Source: Faecousia sp. (GTDB lineage: Bacteria; Bacillota; Clostridia; Oscillospirales; Oscillospiraceae). From it: 64,000 nt of DNA. Made by a program: the position numbers and the translations under genes. The notes under the pieces are model-generated. The model was not told where the DNA came from and did no database searches. It was given only the letters and a program-made list of their open reading frames with translations. The stretch lies in NCBI GenBank assembly GCA_045603825.1, contig JAZUMW010000121.1:19136-83135 (forward strand). Reading direction: 5' to 3'. Below, in pieces: positions 37,256 to 46,319 of the stretch. How positions within the stretch are numbered: the first letter of the stretch is position 1; each line of letters begins with the position of its first letter.

Positions 37256-37611
37256 CCCATACCCCCTTTGGTACAGGGCTTGCCCGGCAGCTTACGCATA
37301 TCCTCGCACTTGCAGATTCCGATCTCATCCTTTGGGTTCGGATAGTGATTACAGGTGTAGCAGCAATCCTCCCATTCCCGGTTCTCCGGAACTGTATAGT
37401 ATTTGCAAACACTCTGTAGTGCGGAAACGATGCGGTATCCTTCTACTGTGAAGTGTGGCTGTGTCAGCAGGTCCGGATACAGGATATATGGTTCTCCGCT
37501 GGCCCGGTCCCGCTCGTCACAGTAGCCGTACCGAAGCTCAAAGGAATAGGAATCGATGGTTACTACAGCATGCAGATCGCCCTCTCTGGGAACATTCAGC
37601 TCATTGACCAT
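37252..37611 (-). CDS. Small Cys-rich hypothetical protein
   Basis: RBS GAGGAGG; C..CCYTC..Y..GICKC; stop overlaps srtB start (ATGA). Confidence 0.7.
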   Translation of the reverse strand: MVNELNVPREGDLHAVVTIDSYSFELRYGYCDERDRASGEPYILYPDLLTQPHFTVEGYRIVSALQSVCKYYTVPENREWEDCCYTCNHYPNPKDEIGICKCEDMRKLPGKPCTKGGMG

Positions 37612-37733
37612 AGGCATCCTCCTCTCGGGAATGTAAGAGAAAAATCCCTTACACCACTGTCAGTACGACAATAGTATAAGGGATTCTTTTCCAAAAAACA
37701 TCCTCCCCGGAAGGAGCAAAATAGTATAGTTTT

Positions 37734-38981
37734 TCAGATGAAGATTGCCAGTTCCTTGCGGCTATTTACGCCGGTTTTATTTTTAGCGCTTTTGATCGCA
37801 GCCTTCACAGAGGACTCTGACAAATGAAGCTGGTTGGCGATCTGGCGGTCAGACAGGCCAAAGGATGCCAGCCGCGCCACCTCACGTTCCCGGCTGGACA
37901 GAGACAAATGCACACTTTTATTCAAAACTGCGTTATGCAGCTTTGTCCAGCCCGAATGGAGCTGCTTGTGCAGCTCCTTCACTTTCTTCAGTGCCTCCGG
38001 GTCAATCAGGGCAATGCGGTCATCCAGAAACAAGCCCAGCTGCCGCCGATGCTCTACCAGGGGGCCGTAAAGTCCGTCGGCAAGGCACAACACGATCGCT
38101 TTATCCAAATGCTCGGCAGCATTGGTATCGTCACCATACTGGTGGTAAGCAATGGCCACAAGTATGCGCAGGTAGATCTCCGCCATGATCACCTTTTCAG
38201 CTATCATTTGCGAGATCATCGGCTCCACCACATAGGGCATAATTCTCAGCAGACCAAAACCATAGACACCGTTCCATTCCGCGTTGCCCAAAGCCAGATT
38301 CTGCGCGGAAATCAGCAGATGCTTGGCATAATAGACCCGTGCGGCAGGGTGGGCGTCCCGGGGAAGCTTGTAAAAGCGGCCTTGCATAAACCAGTCCGGG
38401 AAGTCGTCGGTATTTCGAATGGCACTATCGGCAGACGCAAGGGCAAGAGAAACGATCTCCCGGTCCATATCGTCCTTACAGGGAGCTTCCAGAAAGTGCT
38501 TTTTGGCCTTGTACCACATCTGTGCATCGCCTTTCCACATGGCACATAGGGACAGTAGCAGGCCGCCGGCGATTATGGCATAAAATCCGTTGTGGATTTC
38601 CAGGAAGTAGTTTGCCTGCCGGTAGACCTTGTCAATTTCGCCGCGGCTGTAGGCAATCTCTGCAGCAAACAACTGCTGCGCTTCCGGATAATTGGAAAGA
38701 GATTCAATTACCTGGTCTGCCGTTCCGGGTATCTGATACAGATCGGTCATGTCCAGAAAGGGACTCTTTCGCAGCAGGGGCCGGGGAATGGGGGGGGCCT
38801 CCTTTGCAGCCCTGGCTGCCTTGCTGCGGCCATCCGGGGGCCGCTGGGCATTTGCGGGGATCAGCCAGTCCCGCCCTTTTCGTTCTGCGTCCGCTATTCT
38901 ACCCTTTTGACAGAGAGATTGGACATATCGAAGGGATACGCCCCACATCTGAGCAAGTTCCTGCGCCGTGATCTTATCCAT
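37734..38981 (-). CDS. Regulator with N-terminal excisionase-like HTH and C-terminal LuxR HTH
   Basis: AQELAQMWGVSLRYVQSLC..GRI..A...GRDWLIP; LSSREREVARLASFGLSDRQIA..L.LSE.SVK. Confidence 0.8.
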   Translation of the reverse strand: MDKITAQELAQMWGVSLRYVQSLCQKGRIADAERKGRDWLIPANAQRPPDGRSKAARAAKEAPPIPRPLLRKSPFLDMTDLYQIPGTADQVIESLSNYPEAQQLFAAEIAYSRGEIDKVYRQANYFLEIHNGFYAIIAGGLLLSLCAMWKGDAQMWYKAKKHFLEAPCKDDMDREIVSLALASADSAIRNTDDFPDWFMQGRFYKLPRDAHPAARVYYAKHLLISAQNLALGNAEWNGVYGFGLLRIMPYVVEPMISQMIAEKVIMAEIYLRILVAIAYHQYGDDTNAAEHLDKAIVLCLADGLYGPLVEHRRQLGLFLDDRIALIDPEALKKVKELHKQLHSGWTKLHNAVLNKSVHLSLSSREREVARLASFGLSDRQIANQLHLSESSVKAAIKSAKNKTGVNSRKELAIFI

Positions 38982-39093
38982 AAGCCACACTCTTTTCTTC
39001 TTTATAGTGTGCGTCATGCCGCACACTATTTTCTTAATTGTACTACAGCACGGCGGACAACGCAAGCGCAATATGATATTTTTTTAAACCAAC

Positions 39094-39121
39094 AAAAAAG
39101 GACCTCCATGGGGAGGTCCTT
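39094..39121 (-). terminator. Intrinsic terminator
   Basis: AAGGACCTCC..GGAGGTCCTT with T-run on the minus strand. Confidence 0.7.
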
Positions 39122-39127
39122 AAAATT

Positions 39128-39517
39128 TCAGGCAGGAAATACATTGGTAATGTAAATCAGCACAGGCAGTACCAGGGAGAAAATGCTGATCAGCCAGGGG
39201 TATACCACTTTACGGGAACAGAACATCATCAGCAAACAGGCCGCGGTCACGATCAACGGTACCAGGATCGCTGTCTGCTTATCCACCATCCATTGGTAAC
39301 CGCCCGTTTCCTGGATCAGCAGACCGACTCTGTCCGGCAGGGTCTTGTTGCTCTCGATTGCCAGCACGATCGCCGCAATTACCACGGGAATCGAAAGAAG
39401 CAAGCCTCGGAGCGTGTAGATCCAATAACCGATACCACGCAGTATTTTTCCTGCTTTTATACGAAACGGTTCTGTCCGCTGCCAGAAGGCCAACAGTTTT
39501 TCTTTCAGTTCTTTCAT
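39128..39517 (-). CDS. Hypothetical membrane protein
   Basis: 129 aa, about three hydrophobic segments; GGAGG RBS. Confidence 0.7.
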   Translation of the reverse strand: MKELKEKLLAFWQRTEPFRIKAGKILRGIGYWIYTLRGLLLSIPVVIAAIVLAIESNKTLPDRVGLLIQETGGYQWMVDKQTAILVPLIVTAACLLMMFCSRKVVYPWLISIFSLVLPVLIYITNVFPA

Positions 39518-39666
39518 TTTGCAGCCTCCATCGGTCAGAATGTTACTGTATTATAACATAGCGCAGTTCCATTTGCAAGCGGCAGAAACTTCCGCCAATC
39601 AGTCTGTTTTATGGGACAGAACCTTTTGTATTCTGTTATTACACAAAACACAAGGAGGTAATACCC

Positions 39667-39834
39667 ATGAAAACTGCCGTATCTCACTCCAATTTTATGT
39701 CCCGTCCTGTGGTTCCGCTTCCCAATACCCTCAGTCGCCGACAGTACATCCACAAGCTTTTGGATACACTCCTTGTGGCAGCATCCGGCGTAGGCATCGC
39801 AGTTATGCTGGTGGTCCTGCTTCTAATCATCTGA
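39667..39834 (+). CDS. 55-aa small membrane protein (not in ORF track)
   Basis: AAGGAGG RBS; MKTAVSHSNFMSRPVVPLPNTLSRRQYIHKLLDTLLVAASGVGIAVMLVVLLLII*. Confidence 0.7.
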   Translation: MKTAVSHSNFMSRPVVPLPNTLSRRQYIHKLLDTLLVAASGVGIAVMLVVLLLII

Positions 39835-40605
39835 TCATTTGCGTTTATTATCCCGGTACAAGGCCGCCAGGCCCTTCACCAGCAGGTCCTTGTCATAGAT
39901 CATCGGGGTTTTGCACATAGGGAGAACAAACTTGGCGATACCACCGGTGGCGATCACCGTGGTTTTACAGCCAAGCTCCTCTTCCATGCGCTCCACCATG
40001 CCGTCCACCATACACGCAGCGCCCAGCATGATACCGCTGCGCATGCACTCGATGGTATTTTTGCCGATGGCACGCTTGGGCTGATCCAGCTGCAGACCGG
40101 GAAGCAGCGCAGTACGCTCTGTCAGCGCGTCCATGGAGATCTTGACACCGGGACAAATGCAACCACCTACCAAAGCACCGCTTTGGTCCAGTACCACCAT
40201 TGTGGTGGCTGTACCCATATCCACAACAATCATAGGAGGCTTGTGCTCCCGCAGAGCGGCGACACAGCCTACCACCAGATCCGCACCTGTCTGTACGGGG
40301 TTTTCGATCTTAATATTCAAGCCCGTCTTCAGTCCGGGGCCAACTACAAGGCTCTGCTTGCCCGTCAGCTTCTTAATTGCGGTCTGGAAGGAATTGAGCA
40401 CCTGGGGTACGACAGAGCCAATGATAGACCCCTCCACAGACCCTGCGGAAATTCCGTAAATATCCAACAGGCTTTTCAGCTTGATACAATACTCGTCGGA
40501 TGTTTTGGTAGCATCGGTACGAAGGCGGGCTTCAAACAGGATCTCATTGCCCTCCACACCGCCGATAACGATATTAGAGTTTCCAATATCCACTGTCAAT
40601 ATCAT
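39835..40605 (-). CDS. coaX: Type III pantothenate kinase
   Basis: DIGNSN, SVVP, GADL, DMGTATT, GG.I.PG, ATGG. Confidence 0.93.
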   Translation of the reverse strand: MILTVDIGNSNIVIGGVEGNEILFEARLRTDATKTSDEYCIKLKSLLDIYGISAGSVEGSIIGSVVPQVLNSFQTAIKKLTGKQSLVVGPGLKTGLNIKIENPVQTGADLVVGCVAALREHKPPMIVVDMGTATTMVVLDQSGALVGGCICPGVKISMDALTERTALLPGLQLDQPKRAIGKNTIECMRSGIMLGAACMVDGMVERMEEELGCKTTVIATGGIAKFVLPMCKTPMIYDKDLLVKGLAALYRDNKRK

Positions 40606-41099
40606 AACAATTCCTCCAACTCTTGATAATTCAGTAAGCGGCAGTCTGTAATTTGACAGTCGCTTACTTCTATAATGCCTGCACTTCTGTTGCCGTATCC
40701 GCAGCTGCCGGGATTCAGTACCCAAAGGCCATCTTCTTCCCGGTGGCAGTCCGGAATGTGGGTATGTCCGTAGAGTGCCGCGGTTGCCTTGTATTTACGG
40801 GCTTCCGACACCAATACACCGATTCCGGACTTTACATACTCTTTGTGGCCGTGGGTCATATACAGCCGCACACCGCATACATCGTAGCAAAGCATCTGGC
40901 GGGCAAAGGGTGGGCAGCGGTAACGGTCGCAGTTTCCGGGAACATAATGAAACGCCAGATGGGGATGTTCTTCCGCCATCACCTCTGCGTCATCATAATA
41001 GTCTCCTAAATGGATCACTGCGTCCGGTTTCACTTTTTGAATACACTCCCGCATAAAACAAAGCGAAGAGTGAGAATCGGATAAAATAAGTATTCTCAT
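40602..41099 (-). CDS. YfcE-family metallophosphoesterase
   Basis: SDSH, HLGD, GNCD, THGH, GHTH, NPGS. Confidence 0.92.
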   Translation of the reverse strand: MRILILSDSHSSLCFMRECIQKVKPDAVIHLGDYYDDAEVMAEEHPHLAFHYVPGNCDRYRCPPFARQMLCYDVCGVRLYMTHGHKEYVKSGIGVLVSEARKYKATAALYGHTHIPDCHREEDGLWVLNPGSCGYGNRSAGIIEVSDCQITDCRLLNYQELEELL

Positions 41100-41103
41100 A
41101 AGA

Positions 41104-41132
41104 CACCAACTGTTTATTTGCAGCATATAGTA
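41104..41132 (+). promoter_or_regulatory. SigK-like sporulation promoter
   Basis: CACC-16 bp-CATATAGTA fits mACm-N16-CATA---Ta. Confidence 0.5.
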
Positions 41133-41182
41133 GTACTGACTTTAATAATATTATAGCAGGCATTTTGACAGGAGGCAATCCA

Positions 41183-41407
41183 ATGCAGAAAAATTCTCAG
41201 GATTTTTCCATGGAAGATGTCATGCGTCTGGCGGAAAGTCCCGCCGGTCAGCAGCTGATATCCATGCTGCAGCACTCCGATACCAAGCAGTTGCAGCAGG
41301 TAATGAACCAGGCATCCTCGGGAGATTATTCCCAGGCAGGCAAAACGCTGAAGAAACTTTTGTCCTCCCCAGAGGCAAAGCAGCTTTTAAAGGAACTGGG
41401 AGGGTAG
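41183..41407 (+). CDS. Small hypothetical protein
   Basis: AGGAGG RBS; helical 74 aa; first of three coupled genes. Confidence 0.75.
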   Translation: MQKNSQDFSMEDVMRLAESPAGQQLISMLQHSDTKQLQQVMNQASSGDYSQAGKTLKKLLSSPEAKQLLKELGG

Positions 41408-41410
41408 CCC

Positions 41411-41728
41411 ATGGAGGATTTGGAAAGCAAACTGGGAGCGGTTTTGAATAATCCGGAGATGATGCAAAAAATCATGTCTCTGGCACAGAATCTGAACCAA
41501 CAGGACGCCCCTGTCCAGCAGGATGCTGTACCTGCAGGCATTGATCTGGCTACGGTGCAAAAGCTGTCCGGTTTTGCGAAGCAAAGCGGTATTGACAAAA
41601 ACCAACAGACACTTCTGCGGGCTCTGAGTCCATACTTAAGCCGTCAGCGGATCCAAAAACTGGAACGGGCCATGCGGGCAGCCAAAATGGCCCGTATGGC
41701 AGGTCTTTTGAAAAAGCAGGTGAAATGA
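41411..41728 (+). CDS. Small hypothetical protein
   Basis: GGAGG RBS; LNNPEMMQKI, LLRALSPYLS.QR..KLERA. Confidence 0.75.
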   Translation: MEDLESKLGAVLNNPEMMQKIMSLAQNLNQQDAPVQQDAVPAGIDLATVQKLSGFAKQSGIDKNQQTLLRALSPYLSRQRIQKLERAMRAAKMARMAGLLKKQVK

Positions 41729-42060
41729 TGTATAACCGATATATTCCCCAGCCAGACGGTTCTTACCGTCGTAACCGCATCCCGGATCCGGTCCGGCCAC
41801 AGCCAATTCCACCGGCACCGCCGCCGGAGGAGGACTGTCCTCCTCCGGAAGTTCCTTCCCGTTCTGCTGAACATTCCCAACAGAAACCGCCGCGGCACAG
41901 AGAAGATGGCGGCGTTGACAGTTTTCTGAGGCACTTACTGCCCCAAGACTTTGACACCGGTGATCTGATCGTTATACTGCTGCTTTTATTGATGGCAGGC
42001 GACAAGCAGGAGGACAGAACCAACGCTTTGCTGACACTTGCATTTTATTTCCTTATGTAA
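41725..42060 (+). CDS. Small Pro-rich hypothetical protein
   Basis: MYNRY start; DTGDLIVILLLLL C-terminal motif. Confidence 0.72.
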   Translation: MMYNRYIPQPDGSYRRNRIPDPVRPQPIPPAPPPEEDCPPPEVPSRSAEHSQQKPPRHREDGGVDSFLRHLLPQDFDTGDLIVILLLLLMAGDKQEDRTNALLTLAFYFLM

Positions 42061-42089
42061 AAAGAGGCTGTCGATGACAGCCTCTTTTT
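42059..42089. terminator. Bidirectional terminator
   Basis: AAAAAGAGGCTGTC-GAT-GACAGCCTCTTTTT. Confidence 0.88.
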
Positions 42090-43103
42090 TTATTTTGCAA
42101 CAAAACCGACCTTTTTATAGACCTTACGCAGGGTCTTTTCCGCCACATAGCTTGCCTTCTGGGCACCTTCACGGTAAACAGCTTCCAGATATGCTTTATC
42201 CTTCATCAAACGCAGGGATTCCTCACGGATGGGACGCAGGTGTTCCACCACAGCTTCACCCACAACAGGCTTAAACTTGCCGTAGCCACAACCGGCAAAC
42301 TCATTTTCGATCTCCTCATAGCTCTTGCCGGTAACAGCAGAGTAGATGGTCATCAGGTTAGCAACGCCGGGCTTGTTTTCCTTGTCGTAACGGACACAGT
42401 TCTCTGTATCGGAATCGGTGATGGCACGCTTGAACTGCTTCATGACGACCTCGGGAGGATCCATCAGCAGAACACGGCCGGTGTCCTCGTTCTCAGACTT
42501 GGACATCTTGGCGGTGGGATTGGTCAGACTCATAACACGGGCACCTACCTTGGGAATGAAGGGCTCGGGAATCTTGATCACATCGCCGTAGATGCCGTTG
42601 AAGCGGCGGGCGATGACATGTGTCAATTCCACATGCTGCTTCTGATCCTCGCCCACAGGAACAAGGTCAGGCTGATACAGCAAAATATCGGCAGCCATCA
42701 GGCTGGGATAAGTAAACAGGCCGGCATTGATATTGTCTGCGTTCTTGGCAGACTTATCCTTAAACTGGGTCATGCGGCTGAGCTCACCAAACTGGGAATA
42801 GCAATCCAAGACCCAGCCCAGCTCCGCGTGCTGGTGGACATGACTCTGAATAAACAGGGTGTTCTTCTCAGGGTCCAGACCGCAGGCGATATACTGCGCC
42901 AGCTGCTCCAGGGTACGGCGGCGCAGGTCCGCAGGATTCTGGCGTACGGTAATGGCATGGAGATCTGCCATAAAATAGAAGCAATCATACTGATCGGCAC
43001 GCTCTGCCCAGTTCTTCACCGCGCCCAGATAAGAGCCCAGGGTCAGATCGCCGGAGGGCTTGATGCCGGATAACATTCTTTTCTTTGCAACGATTTCTTC
43101 CAT
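42090..43103 (-). CDS. trpS: Tryptophan--tRNA ligase
   Basis: SGIKPSG, ADLHAIT, YPSLMAADIL, VPVGEDQ.QH, KMSKS. Confidence 0.96.
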   Translation of the reverse strand: MEEIVAKKRMLSGIKPSGDLTLGSYLGAVKNWAERADQYDCFYFMADLHAITVRQNPADLRRRTLEQLAQYIACGLDPEKNTLFIQSHVHQHAELGWVLDCYSQFGELSRMTQFKDKSAKNADNINAGLFTYPSLMAADILLYQPDLVPVGEDQKQHVELTHVIARRFNGIYGDVIKIPEPFIPKVGARVMSLTNPTAKMSKSENEDTGRVLLMDPPEVVMKQFKRAITDSDTENCVRYDKENKPGVANLMTIYSAVTGKSYEEIENEFAGCGYGKFKPVVGEAVVEHLRPIREESLRLMKDKAYLEAVYREGAQKASYVAEKTLRKVYKKVGFVAK

Positions 43104-43235
43104 GATTTCTCGCCTCTTCCTTGATGATTTTCTGTATTTTAACACAGTCGGGATAAAAACGCAACGGGAAATTGACTTTGCACAGGTTTATATGGTATAG
43201 TATGAAAAGAAATTCTAGACAAGAGGTAGGTTGTT

Positions 43236-44879
43236 ATGGATTATAAAGCATTGGCAGGATTACTGTTTCCCAATGTAACCGAAACTCCCGAAAGCATGGA
43301 AGAAAAATTCCCTGTGCGGAGTCTCCCCGAGGGTGCTGTGGTTACCCGTATGGCTCCCTCCCCCACCGGCTTCGTCCATCTGGGCAATCTGGTGCAGGGT
43401 CTGACCGCAGAGCGTATGGCCCATCAGTCCGGTGGTGTACTGTTTCTCCGGGTGGAGGATACCGACGCAAAGCGGGAAGTTCCCGGTGCTGTAGAAGTGC
43501 TTCTCAATACGCTGAAGCACTATGGCATCTCCTTTGATGAGGGTGCTACCATTGACGGCGACAGCGGCAATTACGGTCCTTACCGTCAGCGCCAGAGGGC
43601 ATTTATTTACCATGTATACGCCAAGAAGCTGGTGGAAGAAGGCATGGCCTACCCCTGCTTCTGCACCGAAGAAGAACTGGCCGCCATGCGTGAGCAGCAG
43701 GAAGCCGCCAAGGAAAATACCGGCTACTACGGCAAATACGCCATGTGGCGTGACCGCTCTTTGGAGGATGTTCAGGCACAGTTGTGCGCAGGCAATCCCT
43801 GGGTGCTGCGGTTCCGTTCCACCGGTTCTATTGAAAACCAGTACAAGTTCGACGATCTGGTCAAGGGCAAGCTTACCATTACGGAAAATAATATCGACCA
43901 TGTTCTTTTGAAGTCTGACGGCATTCCCACCTATCACTTTGCCCATGCTGTGGACGATCATCTAATGCGCACCACCCATGTAGTCCGGGGTGATGAGTGG
44001 CTGCCCACACTGCCCTTCCACATTCAGCTGTTTAAGGCACTGGGCTTCAAGCTGCCCAAGTATGTCCACATTGGACCACTGATGAAGATGGACGGCACTT
44101 CCAAGCGCAAGCTCAGCAAGCGCAAGGATCCAGAGCTGGCACTGACCTTCTACAAAGCAGAGGGTTTCCCTGTCGAAGCAGTCTATGAGTATATCATGAC
44201 TCTCTTAAACTCCAACTACGAGGATTGGCGCCGTGCTAACCCCACAGCACCCGCCACAGAGTTTAAGTTCAGTCCCAAAAAGCTGAACCCCGCCGGAAAC
44301 CTCTTTGACTATGCCAAGCTGACGGATGTCAGTAAGAACGAGATTGCCCGCATGGATGCGGAAAAAGTGTATGCCCTGCTCACCGACTGGGCCAAGGAGT
44401 TTGATCCCGACTTCGGTGAAAAGCTGGCTGCTGACCCCGCTTATGCCACTTCCATTCTGGCCATCGGCCGTGGTGGCAAGAAGCCCCGGAAGGATCTGGC
44501 TGTCTGGAAGGATGCCAAAGAATATATGGGTTTCTTCTATGACGAATATCTGGAAAAACCGGTATTCAACGAGAAGTTCAGCAGCGAGGTCGTTGCCACC
44601 GCTCTGAATAAATTCCTGGAGAAGTTCGATATTGCCGATGATGCCGGTGTCTGGTTCGACAAGGTTAAGGAGATCACGGGCGAAATGGGCTTCACCACTG
44701 ATATGAAGGCATACAAGGCTGACCCCGATGCCTTCCCCGGTACAGTTGCCGACATTTCCACCTTTGTCCGCCAGGCTGTTACCGGCAAGACCAACTCCCC
44801 CGATCTGTACGCCGTTATGCAGATCCTGGGCTATGACCGGACTGTCGCGAGAATCCGGAATGTGATCGCGTCCCTTTGA
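43236..44879 (+). CDS. gltX: Glutamate--tRNA ligase
   Basis: RMAPSPTG..HLGN, LRVEDTD, AYPCFC, PTYHFA..VDD, KLSKR. Confidence 0.93.
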   Translation: MDYKALAGLLFPNVTETPESMEEKFPVRSLPEGAVVTRMAPSPTGFVHLGNLVQGLTAERMAHQSGGVLFLRVEDTDAKREVPGAVEVLLNTLKHYGISFDEGATIDGDSGNYGPYRQRQRAFIYHVYAKKLVEEGMAYPCFCTEEELAAMREQQEAAKENTGYYGKYAMWRDRSLEDVQAQLCAGNPWVLRFRSTGSIENQYKFDDLVKGKLTITENNIDHVLLKSDGIPTYHFAHAVDDHLMRTTHVVRGDEWLPTLPFHIQLFKALGFKLPKYVHIGPLMKMDGTSKRKLSKRKDPELALTFYKAEGFPVEAVYEYIMTLLNSNYEDWRRANPTAPATEFKFSPKKLNPAGNLFDYAKLTDVSKNEIARMDAEKVYALLTDWAKEFDPDFGEKLAADPAYATSILAIGRGGKKPRKDLAVWKDAKEYMGFFYDEYLEKPVFNEKFSSEVVATALNKFLEKFDIADDAGVWFDKVKEITGEMGFTTDMKAYKADPDAFPGTVADISTFVRQAVTGKTNSPDLYAVMQILGYDRTVARIRNVIASL

Positions 44880-44888
44880 GGTAACACT

Positions 44889-45542
44889 ATGAAGTATAAA
44901 GCAGTTTTATTTGATATGGACGGTGTGCTGATCGAATCGGAGTCTTTAATGCGGTCGTCTGCGATTCAGGCGCTTGCCGATTACGGCATTGAAGCTCAGC
45001 ATGAGGATTTTCTGGAATTCACCGGCATGGGTGAGGATCGGTTCGTGGGCGGTGTTGCCGAAAAGCACGGACACACCTACATCACCCCTATGAAGGATCT
45101 GGCGTATGATTATTACGGACAGAGGGTCAAAGCAGAAGCCCACATCCCCACAGGTGTAAAGGAAGTGCTGCAGACACTGCACAGCCGTGGGATCATCCTG
45201 GCCGTTTGTTCCGCTGCCGATCTTCGGAAGGTACGCTACAACATCCAGGCCATCGGTGTGGAAGAAAGCCTGTTCTCCGCTCTGGTTACCGGCAGCGATG
45301 TTGCCCGGAAAAAGCCCTTCCCGGACATTTATCTGGAAGGCGCACGGAGAGTTGGCATTGAACCCAAGGACTGCCTGGTGGTGGAAGATGCCATCAGCGG
45401 CATCCAGGCCGCACATGCGGCGGGTATGGATGCGGTAGCCATTCCCTCCACCTTCTCCAGAGAGGAACTGCAGGAACGGACGCAGCCGGAATACATTCTG
45501 GATCAGACCCAGGATCTGGCAGGCCTTCCCGAACTGAACTAA
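44889..45542 (+). CDS. HAD-superfamily phosphatase (IA)
   Basis: FDMDGV, KPFPDIY, VEDA..G..AA. Confidence 0.9.
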   Translation: MKYKAVLFDMDGVLIESESLMRSSAIQALADYGIEAQHEDFLEFTGMGEDRFVGGVAEKHGHTYITPMKDLAYDYYGQRVKAEAHIPTGVKEVLQTLHSRGIILAVCSAADLRKVRYNIQAIGVEESLFSALVTGSDVARKKPFPDIYLEGARRVGIEPKDCLVVEDAISGIQAAHAAGMDAVAIPSTFSREELQERTQPEYILDQTQDLAGLPELN

Positions 45543-45561
45543 AAAAATACCGGCAGGCCAT

Positions 45562-45912
45562 TGAACTGCCCCAATTTGTGCGGACAGTACAAAAAACCCT
45601 ATGTAGGAAATATTTAATTCAAGCGGAGTGGCGCAGCGTCAGCGGCGCCACTCCCGTTTTCGTTTGGTTGCGCTCGTGGTTGTAGAAGTAGATATAATTG
45701 TCAATCATATGCTGTGCTTCAGAAAAGGTTCTCGGTTTATGCCGGTAAAGACACTCTGTTTTTAGAATGGAGAAGAAATTTTCTGCCATTGCATTGTCAT
45801 AAGGATTTCCTTTCCTTGACATAGACGGTGTTATGCCGTAAGGTTGCGTTAGCTTAAAATATGCTTGGGATGTATATTGAAAGCCTTGGTCGCTGTGGAG
45901 CTGCAACTCCGC
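45562..45912 (-). mobile_element. IS3-family (IS150-like) remnant: right end plus transposase C-terminus
   Basis: LHSDQGFQYTS, SRKGNPYDNAMAENFFSILKTE, YIYFYN.ER; terminal TGAACTGCCCC at 45562; N-terminus absent. Confidence 0.85.
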
Positions 45913-46319
45913 AGGCAATTTTCTCTCCCGGATTTCCAGACGGCTGCGATGTAAAATCATTGGGATTCCTGTGGATGATCACTGTTCGTCCAAGTACGTC
46001 ATTTGCTTTGAACCGATTCGTCAGTACCGCCAAATAGCCTCTTCCAAAACAAGAAAACAGCGGCGGCAAATCTCCTGCATGCATTGGATGTGGCTGCATC
46101 TGCGGATCATAGTGACTGCCGCTATCAAAGCAGCTATGCCCTTCGTGAATATGTAGAGCGAAAATGCCAGTTTCGCTGCTTGGCAAGCCGCAAACATCCC
46201 GCCACCACCAGTGTGCTTTCTTCCATGGCATAGAATTTCACTGTTCCAAACAAGCATGGAGCTGCCCTGCTTCCGGCTACCCGGGCAATGGCATCCGGTC
46301 GGCCAAGTGGGATTCTCAT
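45905..46319 (-). pseudogene. sodC: Cu/Zn superoxide dismutase-like gene, frameshifted and fused to the IS remnant
   Basis: GTVKF in one frame; FALHIHE, HAGDLP, GRTVIIH, GNPGEKIACGV in another; shift near 46200. Confidence 0.8.

Noticed and set aside
37643-37685. Invertible promoter flanked by inverted repeats
   Set aside because: Internal segment is very short and itself base-pairs; no invertase nearby; an RNA hairpin or operator fits better
45619-45960. Active IS3 transposase
   Set aside because: Only the C-terminal part of the catalytic domain and one end remain
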